From contig OZ024742.1 of NCBI GenBank assembly GCA_964016885.1, forward strand, positions 270,630,001 to 270,694,000: DNA of 64,000 bases. Direction: 5' to 3'. This document shows, piece by piece, positions 61,966 to 64,000 of this stretch (within the stretch, counting starts at the first letter, position 1; every line of letters starts with the position of its first letter). A program made the translations under genes and the position numbers. The stretch is from Eledone cirrhosa. Lineage: Eukaryota. The notes beneath the pieces are model-generated. The model worked only from the letters and a program-made list of their open reading frames with translations, was not told the DNA's origin and did not search any database.

Positions 61966-61969
<4 letters not shown>

Positions 61970-62110
61970 CGGCGATGAATAGTTTTGCAAGGTTTTTTAT
62001 ATGAAATCGTGTGTCGAAACAAATATTTTTATACTTGGGGAGGGTCATATTTGTGTAATATTGCCAGAATTAATAACAGAACACACTCACTGTTTGGTTG
62101 GTTTTCGCTT
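61966..62110 (-). mobile_element. Solo terminal fragment of the Naiad-like PLE pLTR
   Basis: Near-identical to the reverse complement of 50305-50437. Confidence 0.85.
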
Positions 62111-62346
62111 ATATATATATATTTATATATCGTTATCATCGGGATGTGAGAAAAACCAGACCCTCCATCTCAACTCTACTTTTGAAAAGCAGTAGAACTG
62201 CTAAACCGGTAAAGGAACCAAATAAATATATATATATTGTTTTAAAAATAAGACTCCAGTTGCATTTTCGATTTCATCTTTTTTTTATTTATACTTTCAA
62301 TCGTGTAGGACACCTCGGTTATTTTTCATTTTGTAAAAAAACACAC

Positions 62347-62406
<60 letters not shown>

Positions 62407-62436
62407 GTATATATATATATATATATATATATATAC

Positions 62437-62528
<92 letters not shown>

Positions 62529-62529
62529 G

Positions 62530-62578
<49 letters not shown>

Positions 62579-62689
62579 GTATGTATGTATGTATATATAT
62601 ATATATATATTGGTAAACGGAATAGAAAATGCTGACAAATTGTTCACAGTTGAAAAATGGTTTAATTAGGAATAAAAGAGTATTAGTGA

Positions 62690-64000
62690 TTGTATGGGTT
62701 AGTAAGATTGATAAAAATTATCAATCTTACTAGTGCAGAACCAACACCCAACCTTATCAACTTACTCTCCAAAGGTCTTAAATTCACACCGACCCCACTA
62801 CGTCCTAACTACTATGAAATGAAGGAAGACATCACAGACTTCTGTAGAAAGTTACGACTTAGTGAACAACTATTCGACCAGTACAATGAGGATGAATCAT
62901 TAGCCAGAAATAGAAGCAATTACACCCCTTCAAAAGGTAGAAATAAAATCCTGGACGAATTCTGTGAACACATCACAAACTTCCCTTACCAACACTTGCA
63001 CAGACAAAAACACAAGCCAAACCTCAACAAGAAAGAATGGGAAGAATTAAATAGATTAAAAACCGACAGAACCATTACAATTAAAGAGGCTGATAAAGGG
63101 AGTACAGTAGTCCTAATGGAGACAGAATTCTATATCAACTTAGCGCTCTCCACTTTGGAAAACGAAACATACTACGAAAAGGCTGAACACTACAATCAAC
63201 AGAAAATTATGAGAAACCTAAAAACTCTAATCAACCAATACAAAGAAGGACTCACTAACAAGGAATTCAGCTTCATCACAGACTTCACAAGTAAATCCAG
63301 CCTTTTCTACGGTATCCCTAAAGTACATAAAAGCGAATCAATCAGTAAGGCATGCAAGGAAGCCACAGACATAGTCATCAATGTCCCCTCACCCAATGAT
63401 CTCAAATTAAGACCTATAATAGCAGGCCCCGCTTGCGAAACGCACCGTCTTAGCAACTTCATTGATACCCTTCTCAAACCTTTCCTCAAGCACATCAAAA
63501 GCTATATAAGGGACGACCTAGATATGCTCAATCACCTCCCTAATATGCCACTTTCTGAACAAACCCTACTAGTGACGTTCGATGTAGTCAACCTATACTC
63601 CAACATCCCCCACAACCTAGGAATAGAAGCTATCCAATTCTGGCTGGATAACTTCCACAATGAACTCCCACAACGCATCAAAAAAGAATTCGTGATAGAG
63701 GGACTCAAATTTATCTTGGAGAACAATTACTTCGTTTTCAATAACAAACCCTACAGGCAGAAATCTGGGACCGCTATGGGAACGAAAACAGCCCCTACGT
63801 ATGCCAACCTAGTCATGGGATACCTGGAAATCACCCTCTACACTAAAGTCCTAAACAAATTTGGAAACACCCTCCACTTACACATTGAAAGGAACTGGAA
63901 GCGATATCTTGATGACTGCTTCATCCTTTGGCACGAAAACATCGAAAAACTTAAAGAATTTCACACCCTTATAAATGGGCTCAACACAAATATTAACTTC
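62690..64000 (+). CDS. Neptune-like PLE reverse transcriptase ORF, open to the window edge (absent from the ORF track)
   Basis: Manual translation in the frame of 62717: IINLT...[78 protein letters not shown]. No stop seen. Confidence 0.92.
   Translation, partial: MYGLVRLIKIINLTSAEPTPNLINLLSKGLKFTPTPLRPNYYEMKEDITDFCRKLRLSEQLFDQYNEDESLARNRSNYTPSKGRNKILDEFCEHITNFPYQHLHRQKHKPNLNKKEWEELNRLKTDRTITIKEADKGSTVVLMETEFYINLALSTLENETYYEKAEHYNQQKIMRNLKTLINQYKEGLTNKEFSFITDFTSKSSLFYGIPKVHKSESISKACKEATDIVINVPSPNDLKLRPIIAGPACETHRLSNFIDTLLKPFLKHIKSYIRDDLDMLNHLPNMPLSEQTLLVTFDVVNLYSNIPHNLGIEAIQFWLDNFHNELPQRIKKEFVIEGLKFILENNYFVFNNKPYRQKSGTAMGTKTAPTYANLVMGYLEITLYTKVLNKFGNTLHLHIERNWKRYLDDCFILWHENIEKLKEFHTLINGLNTNINF

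Overview
AT-rich, microsatellite-saturated eukaryotic DNA made up almost entirely of transposable elements and simple repeats. The very long (TA)n/(CA)n tracts and the tRNA-type SINE suggest a coleoid cephalopod such as Octopus, but that is inference. I could not support any host gene exon. Recognisable content: a decayed CRE-type RT/RLE retrotransposon; at least three Penelope-like element (PLE) lineages (Hydra-like, Naiad-like, Neptune-like), two with long inverted 3' copies; a CR1-group LINE with an intact 1006-aa APE-RT ORF2 plus an inverted 5'-truncated sibling, both embedded in (TA)n; decayed Tx1/L1 and RTE LINEs; a 3.15-kb internally deleted Helitron with canonical ends and STPR-like 23-aa repeats; a separate PIF1 helicase relic; a deleted mariner; a Tc2/pogo-type MITE; and SINEs. 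The most striking unannotated signal is about a dozen minimal type I hammerhead ribozyme (HHR) motifs from several unrelated sequence families. They occur in PLE pseudo-LTRs, in short palindromic cassettes, and in a non-coding ~400-450 bp repeat family that looks retrozyme-like. All structures were paired by eye and no activity is demonstrated. Clade names rest on remembered motifs, not on searches.
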